This document shows, piece after piece, positions 19,897-29,700 of a stretch of 64,000 bases of DNA. Source of the DNA: Deinococcales bacterium (GTDB lineage: Bacteria; Deinococcota; Deinococci; Deinococcales; JAAFIG01). Position numbers and translations under genes: made by a program. Below the pieces are notes generated by a model. It saw only the letters and a list, made by a program, of their open reading frames with translations. It did not search any database and had not been told where the DNA came from. Each line of letters opens with the position of its first letter. Within the stretch, counting starts at the first letter, position 1. The stretch is taken from positions 1 through 64,000 of the forward strand of contig JANNVX010000114.1 of assembly GCA_031414595.1 (NCBI GenBank). The letters are read 5' to 3'.

Positions 19897-22800
19897 TTAT
19901 CCCATCACAACCCGAACATGGTGTGACAATCCATCTTTTAATAAATCAATACTCGAGTGCATTACGCCGTCAATCTCGATGGACTTCACCCCTTTTGATA
20001 CACCATTTGGGTTTTCGACTTTGATGGTGTACACAGAATTATGGTACTTAAAAGTAATCTGATACTCTGCCCAATTCGTGGGAATACACGGGTCTAGCTC
20101 GAGCCGATTGCCACGCAACTTAAAACCCAGAATTGACTCGAGTCCAGCGCGGTAGAGCCAGCCACTCGAGCCAGTGTACCAAGTCCAACCACCACGCCCG
20201 ATGTGTGGGTTTTTGGCATAAACATCGGCGGAAAGGACATACGGTTCGACTTTATATTGGTTGACTTTGGCAAGGTTACTGCTGTGAGAAATTGGGTTCA
20301 GTAAATCAAATAAAGCTGCTGATTTATTGCCCTTGCCAAGCATCGCAAACGCCACAATTGACCAAATAGCAGCGTGGGTGTACTGCCCACCATTTTCACG
20401 CACACCCGGCACATAGCCTTTAATATACCCGGGGTCAAGGGTTGTGTTTTCAAATGGCGGCGTAAACAGTAAAATCAGTTGGTCAGCACGTTTAATCAGG
20501 TGCTGCTCGAGCGAATTCATGGCTTGGGTGGCTCGAGAGTTTTCGGCTGCCCCTGAAATAACCGCCCAAGTCTGGGCAATCGAATCTATTTGGCATTCAT
20601 CATTTTGGCTTGAACCGAGTGCTGTGCCATCATCAAAAAAGGCACGTTTGTACCATTGTCCATCCCAGCCGTGGGTCTCGAGGGCTTGCTGTAAGGTTTG
20701 GGCGTGGTTGTGCCAGATTTGCGCCCGTTCGGGTTCTTGGCGAGTTAAAGCAAGTTTTGCCCATGCAATTAAGTTGGTATACAAAAACCAGCCCAACCAA
20801 ACACTTTCGCCTTTTCCGTGCTGACCAACGCGGTTCATACCATCGTTCCAGTCGCCTGAACCAATCAGGGGCAAGCCGTGAATGCCAACCGCAAGGCTTT
20901 TATCAAGCGCTCGAGCACCATGTTCAAACAACGAGGCAGACAATGCCGAAACATTCGGGGTGAAGTAGGCATCTTCTTGGTCTGGCTCGAGCAGTATTCC
21001 TTCTATAAAGGCAACCGGTTCATCTAACACTTCAGCATCACCTGAAATCTCGAGATAGTGGCTAATCGCATATGGCAACCAAATCAAGTCATCCGAGATT
21101 CTGGTTCGCACCCCGCGTCCAACTGGCGGATGCCACCAATGTTGGACATCGCCCTCAAGAAATTGTCGGCTGGCAGATAATAAAATCTGCTTTCTTGCCA
21201 GTTCGGGTTTGATACTTGCCATTGCCATGGTGTCTTGGAGTTGGTCACGGAAACCATATGCACCACCCGCTTGGTAAAAACCTGTACGCGCCAGAATTCT
21301 CGAGGAGAGTGTTTGGTATGGCAACCAACGATTAAGCATGATGTCCATCGCTCGGTTTGGGGTTTGGACTTGGATGGTGGTTAGGGTTTGATGCCAATGG
21401 TTTTTTGTTGATTCGAGAATTTGATTTATATCGGTGTTGCGGTAAAATTTGATCAGGTCTTGGGCTTGGGTTACTGATTCGGTTTGCCCGAGTAAAAAAA
21501 TCACTTCAATTTTTGCACCAGCCGCTAATTCAAGGGTGGTTTGCATCGCGGCGCACGAATCAAACCCAGCCCCGATTTTGCCACTGAGTTTGGTTTTGCT
21601 TTGCAGTGAAGCAGGCGACTCGAGCTTGCCATACTGTCCAATAAATTCTAAACGGTCACAGGTAAAACGGGCATCTTTACCCGCTTGCCACTGCACAATT
21701 AAATCGGTAAAAGCTACTTTTTTGCTGTTTTCAGAGTTCCAATGGTTACGGGCAAAAATCGCTTTGGTCAGAGGGTCTTGTTCGGTGATAATATACGCCG
21801 ATTTATTTGCGCCTAGTACCCACTCGAGGTAGGCAGTCACAGATAATTTACGGGTTTTACCAGAGCGGTTTTCAATGCTTAAACGCGAGATTTTTACAGG
21901 GTCGTCAGCCGCCACAAATTGGCTTAGCTCGAGTTGTAAACCATGTGTGGCATGGCTAAAATGGCTATAACCTTGTCCGTGACAAATGGTGTATGGGCTG
22001 GATTCCCGAATCGGGGATGGGGTAGCCGTAAATAAAGCCAAAGTCTCTTCATCACGGATGTAAAGAATTTCTGAAATTGGGTCGGTCACGGGGTCGTTAG
22101 ACCAAGGGGTGAGTTTATTTTCACGGCTGTTTTCTGCCCATGTATAACCAGCCCCCGATTCGGAGACTGTAAAACCTAGTTTTTGGTTGGCAATCACGTT
22201 AATCCACGGGGCTGGGGTGGACTGTCCAGCCTCTAAAAAGATTTGGTACTCGAGTCCGTTGTGGGCAAAACCACCTAAGCCATTAAAAAACTCGAGGTTA
22301 GGACGGTTTAGTGTTAAAGGTGGATTATGTTTTGCAAGACTGGTTGGCGGTTTTTGTGGCAGCACTGATCGGATGGTGCGGCTGCGAATCACTTGTTCGG
22401 TCAGCGTGCCTTGTTGACTGAGCAGCATGGCTCGAGCCGTGCTTTGCAGTAAATCCTGTTCGGCACTTAAAAGTAAATCGGCACGCAGCGTAAAAACACG
22501 CCCTTGGCTTTGGTCTTCGGTTTGCGGGCTGGTAGAACGCAACAAATGCACAATTGCTTCTTGCAGTTCCAGTTTATACGAGGTCGGCTGTTGGTTGAGG
22601 ATAACCACATCCACCTTTAAGCATTTGCTGCGCCAGTATTCGTGCGCTCGCAGGATTTGACGGACAATCTCGAGGTCGGCAAGGTCGTTTATTCGCAGTA
22701 GCAGCATCGGTAAATCGCCCGAGATACCATGCCGCCATAAACCAGACTGTCCAAGGGTGTTGCGTTCTAAGACAGCACTCGAGGCTTGCATTTCGGGGCT

Positions 22801-25800
22801 TTGGTACAATAATTGGGTAGCAAGTCTTTGGAAAATATGGGCTTCGTCGGGACTGATTCCCAAATGATGCAATTGCACCTGAGCGCGAGTCCATGCCAGC
22901 GTCAAACCCCGTTCAAAAGCATCTGGGTCATTGTAACGGTCGGCTAAGTCCAGTGCAGCTTGGCGACTCGGGGCAATCATGGTTGCAAAAGTGACTCGAG
23001 CCGTTGCACCAGCCGGCAAGCCAATGGTTTGGCGGAGACTAAAAATCGGGTCTAGCACTGCACCAACTGTGCCAGACAAGGGTCTGCCAGCCGTTATTGC
23101 CACTGGATTTTTAAGGCTCTGGTTGCGTCCGATAAAACGCGCTCGGTCGGTTTCAAATTGTAGTGCGGGTTGCGTCTCGAGAACTGTACCCTCGAGCCGA
23201 ATGCTTTCAATAACTGCGGTGTGGGCTGCCCAGTAGACTGGTTCTTCGGGTGAACGCGGACGACGGGTTGCCAGTAATACCCCAAGGCTCGGTTCAAATT
23301 CGGTTTGTACAAATAGCTTGGCAAAGGCTGGATGGGCAAGGTCGGCGGCAGCCGAAGTCAAGACAATTTCGGCATACGAAGTCAGTTCAAGTTCACGGCT
23401 AACTAAACCATGATTAGTAATCGTCACACGGCGCATTTCGGCATCGTCTTCAGGCGAAACCAAGACCTCGAGCTTAGTGGTAAAAACCCCATCTCGGCGA
23501 TTAAATTCGGCACGGTCTTCAAAAAATTTAACCACCAAATCGCTTGGGTTTAAGCCAAGTGGCTGTGGCGTGACTGACCAGATTTGTTCAGGCTGTGCGG
23601 TCGGTAAAACGCGCACATAAATATAACTGCCTTGGTTATCTAGGGTGCTATCTTGTACATGACGGGTAATGGCAAGATTGTTAAAATGGCTGTAGCCAGA
23701 GCCAACCCCACTGAGCATGACGCTGTAACGCCCATTGGATAAAACATGAGTCTGCCCTACAGCTTCGCGCAGCCCATTCAAACGGCGCTCACTTGGGCTG
23801 TCGGTGGTCTCGAGTGTCCGCGCTGCCAGCACCTCCTCGGCTCGAGGTCGCGCCACCAAAGCCGCCCTTGGGGTACGTTCTTGAAGCAGCAATTCGGCAG
23901 ATTGGACTCGAGTATCCGAATGAAAACGAGTCGTCATCAGGTCATTCAGTAGCACATTGGCAAAAGCCACCAAAGACATCCCCTGATGGTGCGCCATATA
24001 ATTGCGGACAACCACAAAACGAGCCGTGATTGGCAAGTTATCTGGCAAGCGTAAAGTCGTAAAGTCGAGGGCATCATAAAAACCATATTGACCACTACCA
24101 CCCATTTTCTCGAGCCGTAAAAGGTTTTGGGTGGCTGCCACAGGGTCAATCATCGCGGCTAAAGCGGTGGCATAGGGCGCAATTACCAAGTCATCGCTCA
24201 ATCCCCGTTTTAAGCCCAGACCCGGCACACCAAATGCCAAATACTGATAATCAAGGCTTAAATCCCGAGCCGCAAATGCCGATTCAGAAATCCCCCACGG
24301 GATGCGCTGAGGTGGCGCACTACGTGAATTGGCATAGGCAATCTGAGCTTGAACCACCAAATGCGAAGTTTCCTCGAGTAAACTGCCCGGTGGTGAGCGC
24401 ATCACCAGCCGAGGCATCAAGTATTCAAACATCGAACCAGTCCAAGAAATGAGTGCCGTACCCCGACCCACTGGGGTTAATTCACGCCCAAGATGAAACC
24501 AATGGGCAGTCAGGACTTCGTTCTTGGCAATTGCAATAAAACTGGTTAAACGAGCCTCAGAAGCCAGTAAATCATAAAAACTTGGGTCGAGGCGCTGATT
24601 GCTGACATCAAAGCCAATTGAAAAAAGTTTTTTTTGTGGGTCAAATAAAAAACCAAAATCCATAGCCACAAATAAGCGTTCGGCTCGGGTTGCCAATTGC
24701 TCAAACCTCGGCTCGAGTTCAGATGCTAAATCGCGTTGATGGCTGTGCAAAGTGGCACGGATGGCGTGAATCCAGTACAGCAGTTCGGGGTTAGCATCTG
24801 TATCAGACAAGTTTTTGGTTAATCCTAGAAGTTCTTCAAAACGAATTTCCCAGCTTGTCAAATCTGTGGGCATAACATGCAAAGCCTGCTCGAGAGTTTC
24901 GAGGGCAGTTTCTAATTGCTTGGTAACTTGTGGTAATTTCAACAGCACCACTCGAGCCAAATGCAGTGCATCAGACACCCCAAGTAAGGTTGCCGTTCCA
25001 AAAAGTGCTTGATGCTTAAAGCCCAAACAGGCTGCCTTAAAAGCAATTAGATGACCTGCCAAATTGCCACTGTCTACCGTGGACACATAACGTGGCTCGA
25101 GCGGTTGGAGTGTTCGGGTATCGTACCAATTGAGTAAATGCCCATGGTGGGTTTGCAGTTGTTCAATCGCATCAAAAGCCATTTCACAACGCTCTATAGT
25201 CTCGAGTCTGCCAATCCAAGCAAAGTCATGTGCCGAAACCGTAGCCAGTAGTGCCAAGCCGATGTTGGTCGGAGAAGTACGGTGAGCAACTAAAGGCAGC
25301 GGTATTTCTTGAAAATTATCGGGTGGCAAAAAGTGGTCTTCTACACCAACAAAACGCTCAAAGAAGCGCCAAGTACGCCGTGCCATCAAACGCAGGGTTT
25401 GTTTGTGGTCTTGGGTCAGTACCTCGAGATTCTGCCGTGGGCGATAGAGGCTTGCCCAACGTGCCACCACCGGCGAGAACCCCCACAGCAGCCCAAACGC
25501 TAAAGCCAAGGGCAGCGAAGAGGGTTGGAACAACCACACCAGAATAATCATCAGCCCAGCGAAAATCGGTGCCGCCAGCATTTGCTGATAAAAACTGCTT
25601 AAGGCAAGATTTGCCCCTGCTTGGGCTTGGGCAGCCGTTCGCCACTCGAGCAGATGCTGCTTGGTGATAAACAATCGCCCAAGGGTACGAAAAATGGCAT
25701 CCAGCATGGTAAAGGACTGGTCGGCAAGAAAAGTTATGGTCAGGGCAAATTGTGCCAAGCCCAAAGAAATCTGCTCGAGCAGTGCCAAACCATAACTGCG

Positions 25801-28359
25801 CCATGAAATTTTAGCCCGAAAAGACAGTAAAGCCGTAAAAAACGGCAATAACATCGGCAACAGTAGCAGCAAAGCCACAAAACCAGTCCAGGCATAAGCA
25901 CTTTCGAGCCATAACCAGCCCATGATTAAAGACAAAACCAATGCCACTGGCGATAAACTGCGCCGCAAGTTATCGAGCATTTTCCAGCGTCCAATTAAAG
26001 AAATCCTTGCTCGAGCAGAAAAAATCCACGGTAACAACTGCCAATCGCCACGCACCCAACGGTGTTGCCTTGCCGAACGGACACCATAATGCGAAGGGTA
26101 TTCCTCGACCAGTTCAACATCGCTTAAAAGCCCGGCTCGAGCAAATAAACCCTCAAATAAATCATGACTGAGCATCGAGGCTTCTGGGATACGCTGCTGC
26201 AAAGCGGTTTCAAAAGCATCAAGGTCGTAGATACCCTTACCGGCATAACTGCCTTCGTTAAATAAATCTTGGTAGACATCGGAAACTGCACTGGCATAGG
26301 GATCCATACCAGCTTGGCTCGAGAAGACTTGTTGAAAGACTGTGGCTTGGTGTTGGCTTGGCAGCGACAAGGTAATCCGTGGTTGTAATACTGCGTAGCC
26401 TTCAACCACACGGTTACTCGAGTCAAAACGCGGACGGTTAAGTGGATGCGCCATCGCCCCCACCAAACGCCTCACTGCCCCGCGTGGCAATTGTGTATCG
26501 GCATCGAGGGTGATGATAAAACGCACATCTTTTGGTAACTCGAGTATCGCAGCTTTGGTCAAGACAAAACTGGTGTCAAGCGCACCACGCAGCAAACGAT
26601 TAAATTCATGTAACTTACCGCGTTTGCGCTCCCAACCCATAAAAGTTTTTTCGCTGCGGCTTTCTAAGCGTTGCCGATAAAAAAATAAGAATCGCGCACC
26701 TGCGTATCGTAAATTTAACTGCTCGACCGCCACATACGCCACTTTTAGAAGTGAAGCATCAAGTGGCATGGTGGCTGCTTGGGCATCGGTGAAATCACCA
26801 AGAATCGCAAACAACAAGTCGCCACTCGAGTTGGCTAGATAGCGCACTTCTAAACGCTCAAATTCCTCGAGAATCGCAGTTTTTGAAGTCAGTAAAGTTG
26901 GAATCACAATCATCGTGCGTAAGGCACTTGGAATCCCCTCTTTTAGCTCGAGTTTCGCCAAGGTACGCGGTGCAAAAGTTCTGATGGCATACTGATTGAC
27001 CAAAGAAATCGCCAAATCAAGGGCTGGAATAAAAATAAGTACCAGTAAAAGTATTTGCTCGAATAAACCAATTTGCTTGGTTAGCGTTAAAAAACCAAGG
27101 GCTAGAACCAACAAACCCACCAAGCCAATTGTGCCAAGGTAGCCCCAGAGGGCGGCGGCTCGAAAACCACGCCAGAACCATTTGAAGACTCCAACTTGAA
27201 AACCAACTGCATTTTCTAAAGTTGGTCGTCCGCCCGAAATCAGGTAATAACCAACGTCGGCTGTCCGCACATCAGAGGCTTGGTTTTTTTTTGCCTCGGC
27301 TGCCAACCCCACTGCGATGCCCGCAATTTCAATTTCGGAATGCTTTGAACCTCGAGCCAATTCTTCTATCGCATGACGATACCTATCCCGAGTGGCGAAA
27401 TCCGATGGTGCAAAACCAGAATCTTGAAGTAAGACCACATCCACAGCACTGACCGATTCAAAAAAAACTGCCCAATCCACCAATGAAATCAGGCGCATAC
27501 TGGTGATGATATTTCGCACCGTGACATTTGCCGAGGCTTGCAACACATATTCTTCGGCAACCGCTTGTTCCGAAGTTGTGCCTTGGGCAGCTAAACGCAA
27601 CTCGAGAAGCTGCATAATCTGAAAAGCCACTTCTTCGCGTTCACGCATCCTTTGGGTTAATTGGACCACAAATGCCCGCGCTAAACTCTGGCGCTGCAAA
27701 CGCTTTTTCATGGCTTCCAACGGCACTTTTTGCCGACCATTTAAGCCCAGTAAATCGTCGGCAAAATTATCGGCGGCTTCTCTGGCTTGACGGGCTTCTA
27801 AAACACGTTTCGAGATTCGTCGCAGGTTCTCGATTAAAACAATCCGCAAGGTAATCGGTAAAGCCCAGAGTTCTCCTATCTCGAGGGTCTGTTTTTTTTG
27901 GAACGCCAGTACAAAGCGGCTTAGCGTCTCAGCTTCAAAATGACTGTCGGTATGCGCTACAAAAGCCCATGCCAAACCAAAAACCCGAGGAAAAAATTGT
28001 AAATGACCACTGGCAAGCTTAGGTAAACGCCGATAAAAACCCGCCGGTAAATCCTGGGTAATCTGGCGCAGTTGCTCATCTATCAGGTAATAATTGTCCA
28101 CCAACCACTCGGCAGCAGGCGTGATGGAGCGCCCCGCTTTGATGGCTGCCACCATTGCCTTGTAAGAAGTCAGCAGCACGGCTGCATTATCAGCCACCCG
28201 CCTAGAAATGCCACGTCCAAAAGACGGATTCTTTGCTAAGATTTGTTCGTCCGCCAAAGAAGCAGCCACTTGCTCGAGTCGCTCGAGATTAAAAATTGCC
28301 CCACGAATCGGTTCATCTAAACCATCGGGCGAAGCGGCATCAAAAGGTAGAGCAATCAT
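19897..28359 (-). CDS. Cyclic beta-1,2-glucan synthase (Cgs/NdvB-type: GT84, cyclase region, GH94 phosphorylase)
   Basis: 2820 aa; AEWLVDNYY, GWERKRGKL, TLDADT, SHDLFEG, RQHRWVRGDWQ, PWGISES, GFRDQLQD, GDWNDG, ENGGQYTH, WYTGS. Confidence 0.93.
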   Translation of the reverse strand: MIALPFDAASPDGLDEPIRGAIFNLERLEQVAASLADEQILAKNPSFGRGISRRVADNAAVLLTSYKAMVAAIKAGRSITPAAEWLVDNYYLIDEQLRQITQDLPAGFYRRLPKLASGHLQFFPRVFGLAWAFVAHTDSHFEAETLSRFVLAFQKKQTLEIGELWALPITLRIVLIENLRRISKRVLEARQAREAADNFADDLLGLNGRQKVPLEAMKKRLQRQSLARAFVVQLTQRMREREEVAFQIMQLLELRLAAQGTTSEQAVAEEYVLQASANVTVRNIITSMRLISLVDWAVFFESVSAVDVVLLQDSGFAPSDFATRDRYRHAIEELARGSKHSEIEIAGIAVGLAAEAKKNQASDVRTADVGYYLISGGRPTLENAVGFQVGVFKWFWRGFRAAALWGYLGTIGLVGLLVLALGFLTLTKQIGLFEQILLLVLIFIPALDLAISLVNQYAIRTFAPRTLAKLELKEGIPSALRTMIVIPTLLTSKTAILEEFERLEVRYLANSSGDLLFAILGDFTDAQAATMPLDASLLKVAYVAVEQLNLRYAGARFLFFYRQRLESRSEKTFMGWERKRGKLHEFNRLLRGALDTSFVLTKAAILELPKDVRFIITLDADTQLPRGAVRRLVGAMAHPLNRPRFDSSNRVVEGYAVLQPRITLSLPSQHQATVFQQVFSSQAGMDPYASAVSDVYQDLFNEGSYAGKGIYDLDAFETALQQRIPEASMLSHDLFEGLFARAGLLSDVELVEEYPSHYGVRSARQHRWVRGDWQLLPWIFSARARISLIGRWKMLDNLRRSLSPVALVLSLIMGWLWLESAYAWTGFVALLLLLPMLLPFFTALLSFRAKISWRSYGLALLEQISLGLAQFALTITFLADQSFTMLDAIFRTLGRLFITKQHLLEWRTAAQAQAGANLALSSFYQQMLAAPIFAGLMIILVWLFQPSSLPLALAFGLLWGFSPVVARWASLYRPRQNLEVLTQDHKQTLRLMARRTWRFFERFVGVEDHFLPPDNFQEIPLPLVAHRTSPTNIGLALLATVSAHDFAWIGRLETIERCEMAFDAIEQLQTHHGHLLNWYDTRTLQPLEPRYVSTVDSGNLAGHLIAFKAACLGFKHQALFGTATLLGVSDALHLARVVLLKLPQVTKQLETALETLEQALHVMPTDLTSWEIRFEELLGLTKNLSDTDANPELLYWIHAIRATLHSHQRDLASELEPRFEQLATRAERLFVAMDFGFLFDPQKKLFSIGFDVSNQRLDPSFYDLLASEARLTSFIAIAKNEVLTAHWFHLGRELTPVGRGTALISWTGSMFEYLMPRLVMRSPPGSLLEETSHLVVQAQIAYANSRSAPPQRIPWGISESAFAARDLSLDYQYLAFGVPGLGLKRGLSDDLVIAPYATALAAMIDPVAATQNLLRLEKMGGSGQYGFYDALDFTTLRLPDNLPITARFVVVRNYMAHHQGMSLVAFANVLLNDLMTTRFHSDTRVQSAELLLQERTPRAALVARPRAEEVLAARTLETTDSPSERRLNGLREAVGQTHVLSNGRYSVMLSGVGSGYSHFNNLAITRHVQDSTLDNQGSYIYVRVLPTAQPEQIWSVTPQPLGLNPSDLVVKFFEDRAEFNRRDGVFTTKLEVLVSPEDDAEMRRVTITNHGLVSRELELTSYAEIVLTSAAADLAHPAFAKLFVQTEFEPSLGVLLATRRPRSPEEPVYWAAHTAVIESIRLEGTVLETQPALQFETDRARFIGRNQSLKNPVAITAGRPLSGTVGAVLDPIFSLRQTIGLPAGATARVTFATMIAPSRQAALDLADRYNDPDAFERGLTLAWTRAQVQLHHLGISPDEAHIFQRLATQLLYQSPEMQASSAVLERNTLGQSGLWRHGISGDLPMLLLRINDLADLEIVRQILRAHEYWRSKCLKVDVVILNQQPTSYKLELQEAIVHLLRSTSPQTEDQSQGRVFTLRADLLLSAEQDLLQSTARAMLLSQQGTLTEQVIRSRTIRSVLPQKPPTSLAKHNPPLTLNRPNLEFFNGLGGFAHNGLEYQIFLEAGQSTPAPWINVIANQKLGFTVSESGAGYTWAENSRENKLTPWSNDPVTDPISEILYIRDEETLALFTATPSPIRESSPYTICHGQGYSHFSHATHGLQLELSQFVAADDPVKISRLSIENRSGKTRKLSVTAYLEWVLGANKSAYIITEQDPLTKAIFARNHWNSENSKKVAFTDLIVQWQAGKDARFTCDRLEFIGQYGKLESPASLQSKTKLSGKIGAGFDSCAAMQTTLELAAGAKIEVIFLLGQTESVTQAQDLIKFYRNTDINQILESTKNHWHQTLTTIQVQTPNRAMDIMLNRWLPYQTLSSRILARTGFYQAGGAYGFRDQLQDTMAMASIKPELARKQILLSASRQFLEGDVQHWWHPPVGRGVRTRISDDLIWLPYAISHYLEISGDAEVLDEPVAFIEGILLEPDQEDAYFTPNVSALSASLFEHGARALDKSLAVGIHGLPLIGSGDWNDGMNRVGQHGKGESVWLGWFLYTNLIAWAKLALTRQEPERAQIWHNHAQTLQQALETHGWDGQWYKRAFFDDGTALGSSQNDECQIDSIAQTWAVISGAAENSRATQAMNSLEQHLIKRADQLILLFTPPFENTTLDPGYIKGYVPGVRENGGQYTHAAIWSIVAFAMLGKGNKSAALFDLLNPISHSSNLAKVNQYKVEPYVLSADVYAKNPHIGRGGWTWYTGSSGWLYRAGLESILGFKLRGNRLELDPCIPTNWAEYQITFKYHNSVYTIKVENPNGVSKGVKSIEIDGVMHSSIDLLKDGLSHHVRVVMG

Positions 28360-28381
28360 GGCTGTAGTCTGAGCTTTGAAA

Positions 28382-28408
28382 CTGTCTCCAAACTGAAGGT
28401 AAACTAAA
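28382..28408 (-). promoter_or_regulatory. 11-bp-period TTCAG-type repeat array upstream of glucan synthase
   Basis: CTGTC 28382, CTGAA 28393, CTAAA 28404 on + strand. Confidence 0.5.
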
Positions 28409-28430
28409 GTACAGACTTGAGATTTAGAAT

Positions 28431-29642
28431 TTACTGGGTAGGCTCGAGCGTTACTGGCTCGAGTGGCACAGGCTCAAGTGTTACTGGTTCGAGTGGCACA
28501 GGCTCGAGCGACACATCTAAGACCGCCGCAATGTCTTGTTCTGAAACCAGAGCGTTAGCAATGTTAGGTAAGTAAATCTCTTCGTAAATCGCTTTGACAA
28601 TAATCACCATCGGGACAGCCAAAAACGTACCAATAAAACCCATTAACGAACTAAACACCGAAACACTAATGATAATAGAAAGCGGCTGCAACTGCGTGGT
28701 ACGCCGAAAAATATAGGGGCTAAAAAAATAGCCATCCAACTGCTGAAGTAAAACAGGAATAATCATTGCCCACAATAAAGCCGTCCATTGACCATTGGCA
28801 GCCGCAAACAGCATTGCCGGCAGCATCCCAACCAATGGTCCAATGACCGGAACTAAGTTGCAAACAGCATAAATTGCGCCGAACAACAATGCGTCCTGAA
28901 ATCCAACCAGCGCCAAACCAACTGTTACCAAAACGCCTAACAACACCGAAATTGTTAAGGCAGCCACCAACCAAAGACTGAGTTGACGACCTAACCTTGA
29001 TAACAAACGCTCAAAAGTGGAACGCATTGAACCAGGAATAGCACTGAGTAAACCCCGAACCACAGGCTGAGGATTAACCAATAAAAAGATGATCATGGTA
29101 AGCAGTAAAAATAGCGAGGCAATCACACCAATCAGACCAGTAGCAGCATTGGAAACACCAAACATCAAAGCATTACTGCTCGAGCCAAGTAAAGCACTAA
29201 GACTGGTTTTACCAGAGACCAAATCCGCCACTCCAGGAAACTGCATCAGCCACGGCAAGGACTCATTTAAGCGACCAAGCATATTTGGTACACCAACCAC
29301 AAAACGAGTACCCTGCACATAAAGTAACGGGGCAATCAAAATTACACCACCACCAATAAAGCCCATAACCAACAACACCACCACAACCGCACTCAAACTC
29401 CGTGGTACACGGTGTACCTCGAGCCACATCACCAAGGGATTAAGCGCCAACGCCAGCACACTTGCTACCAACAACAATAACAAAGACCCAGCCGCCGCCG
29501 ATGCCCACGACCCCAGCAGCAAAACCCCTAGGATTACCCCAGCCACAATCAGCAGTGTCCGCAGCAGTGCCGCTTGTTTCAAAGAAATCCAAGCCCCCTC
29601 GGTTTTGTCTCGAGTCTGTTTTTGAATAGAATTTGACATCAA
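28431..29642 (-). CDS. AI-2E family transporter
   Basis: Multi-TM; LNPLV.WL, NLVPVIGP, QQLDG..FSP, LAVP. Confidence 0.88.
   Translation of the reverse strand: MMSNSIQKQTRDKTEGAWISLKQAALLRTLLIVAGVILGVLLLGSWASAAAGSLLLLLVASVLALALNPLVMWLEVHRVPRSLSAVVVVLLVMGFIGGGVILIAPLLYVQGTRFVVGVPNMLGRLNESLPWLMQFPGVADLVSGKTSLSALLGSSSNALMFGVSNAATGLIGVIASLFLLLTMIIFLLVNPQPVVRGLLSAIPGSMRSTFERLLSRLGRQLSLWLVAALTISVLLGVLVTVGLALVGFQDALLFGAIYAVCNLVPVIGPLVGMLPAMLFAAANGQWTALLWAMIIPVLLQQLDGYFFSPYIFRRTTQLQPLSIIISVSVFSSLMGFIGTFLAVPMVIIVKAIYEEIYLPNIANALVSEQDIAAVLDVSLEPVPLEPVTLEPVPLEPVTLEPTQ
28441..28510. repeat. 15-bp tandem repeat encoding LEPVP/LEPVT, units built on CTCGAG or variants
   Basis: ggctcgagcgttact ggctcgagtggcaca ggctcaagtgttact ggttcgagtggcaca ggctcgag. 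Confidence 0.85.
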
Positions 29643-29700
29643 ACTGATTCTTACAAACCAAGCTGTTAGCCTGACTTGGCATGGCTGAACTAGGGCTGAA

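Noticed and set aside
20444-27854. Many short + strand ORFs opposite the glucan synthase, and similar shadow ORFs elsewhere
   Set aside because: Antisense to well-supported genes, with no motifs or RBS.
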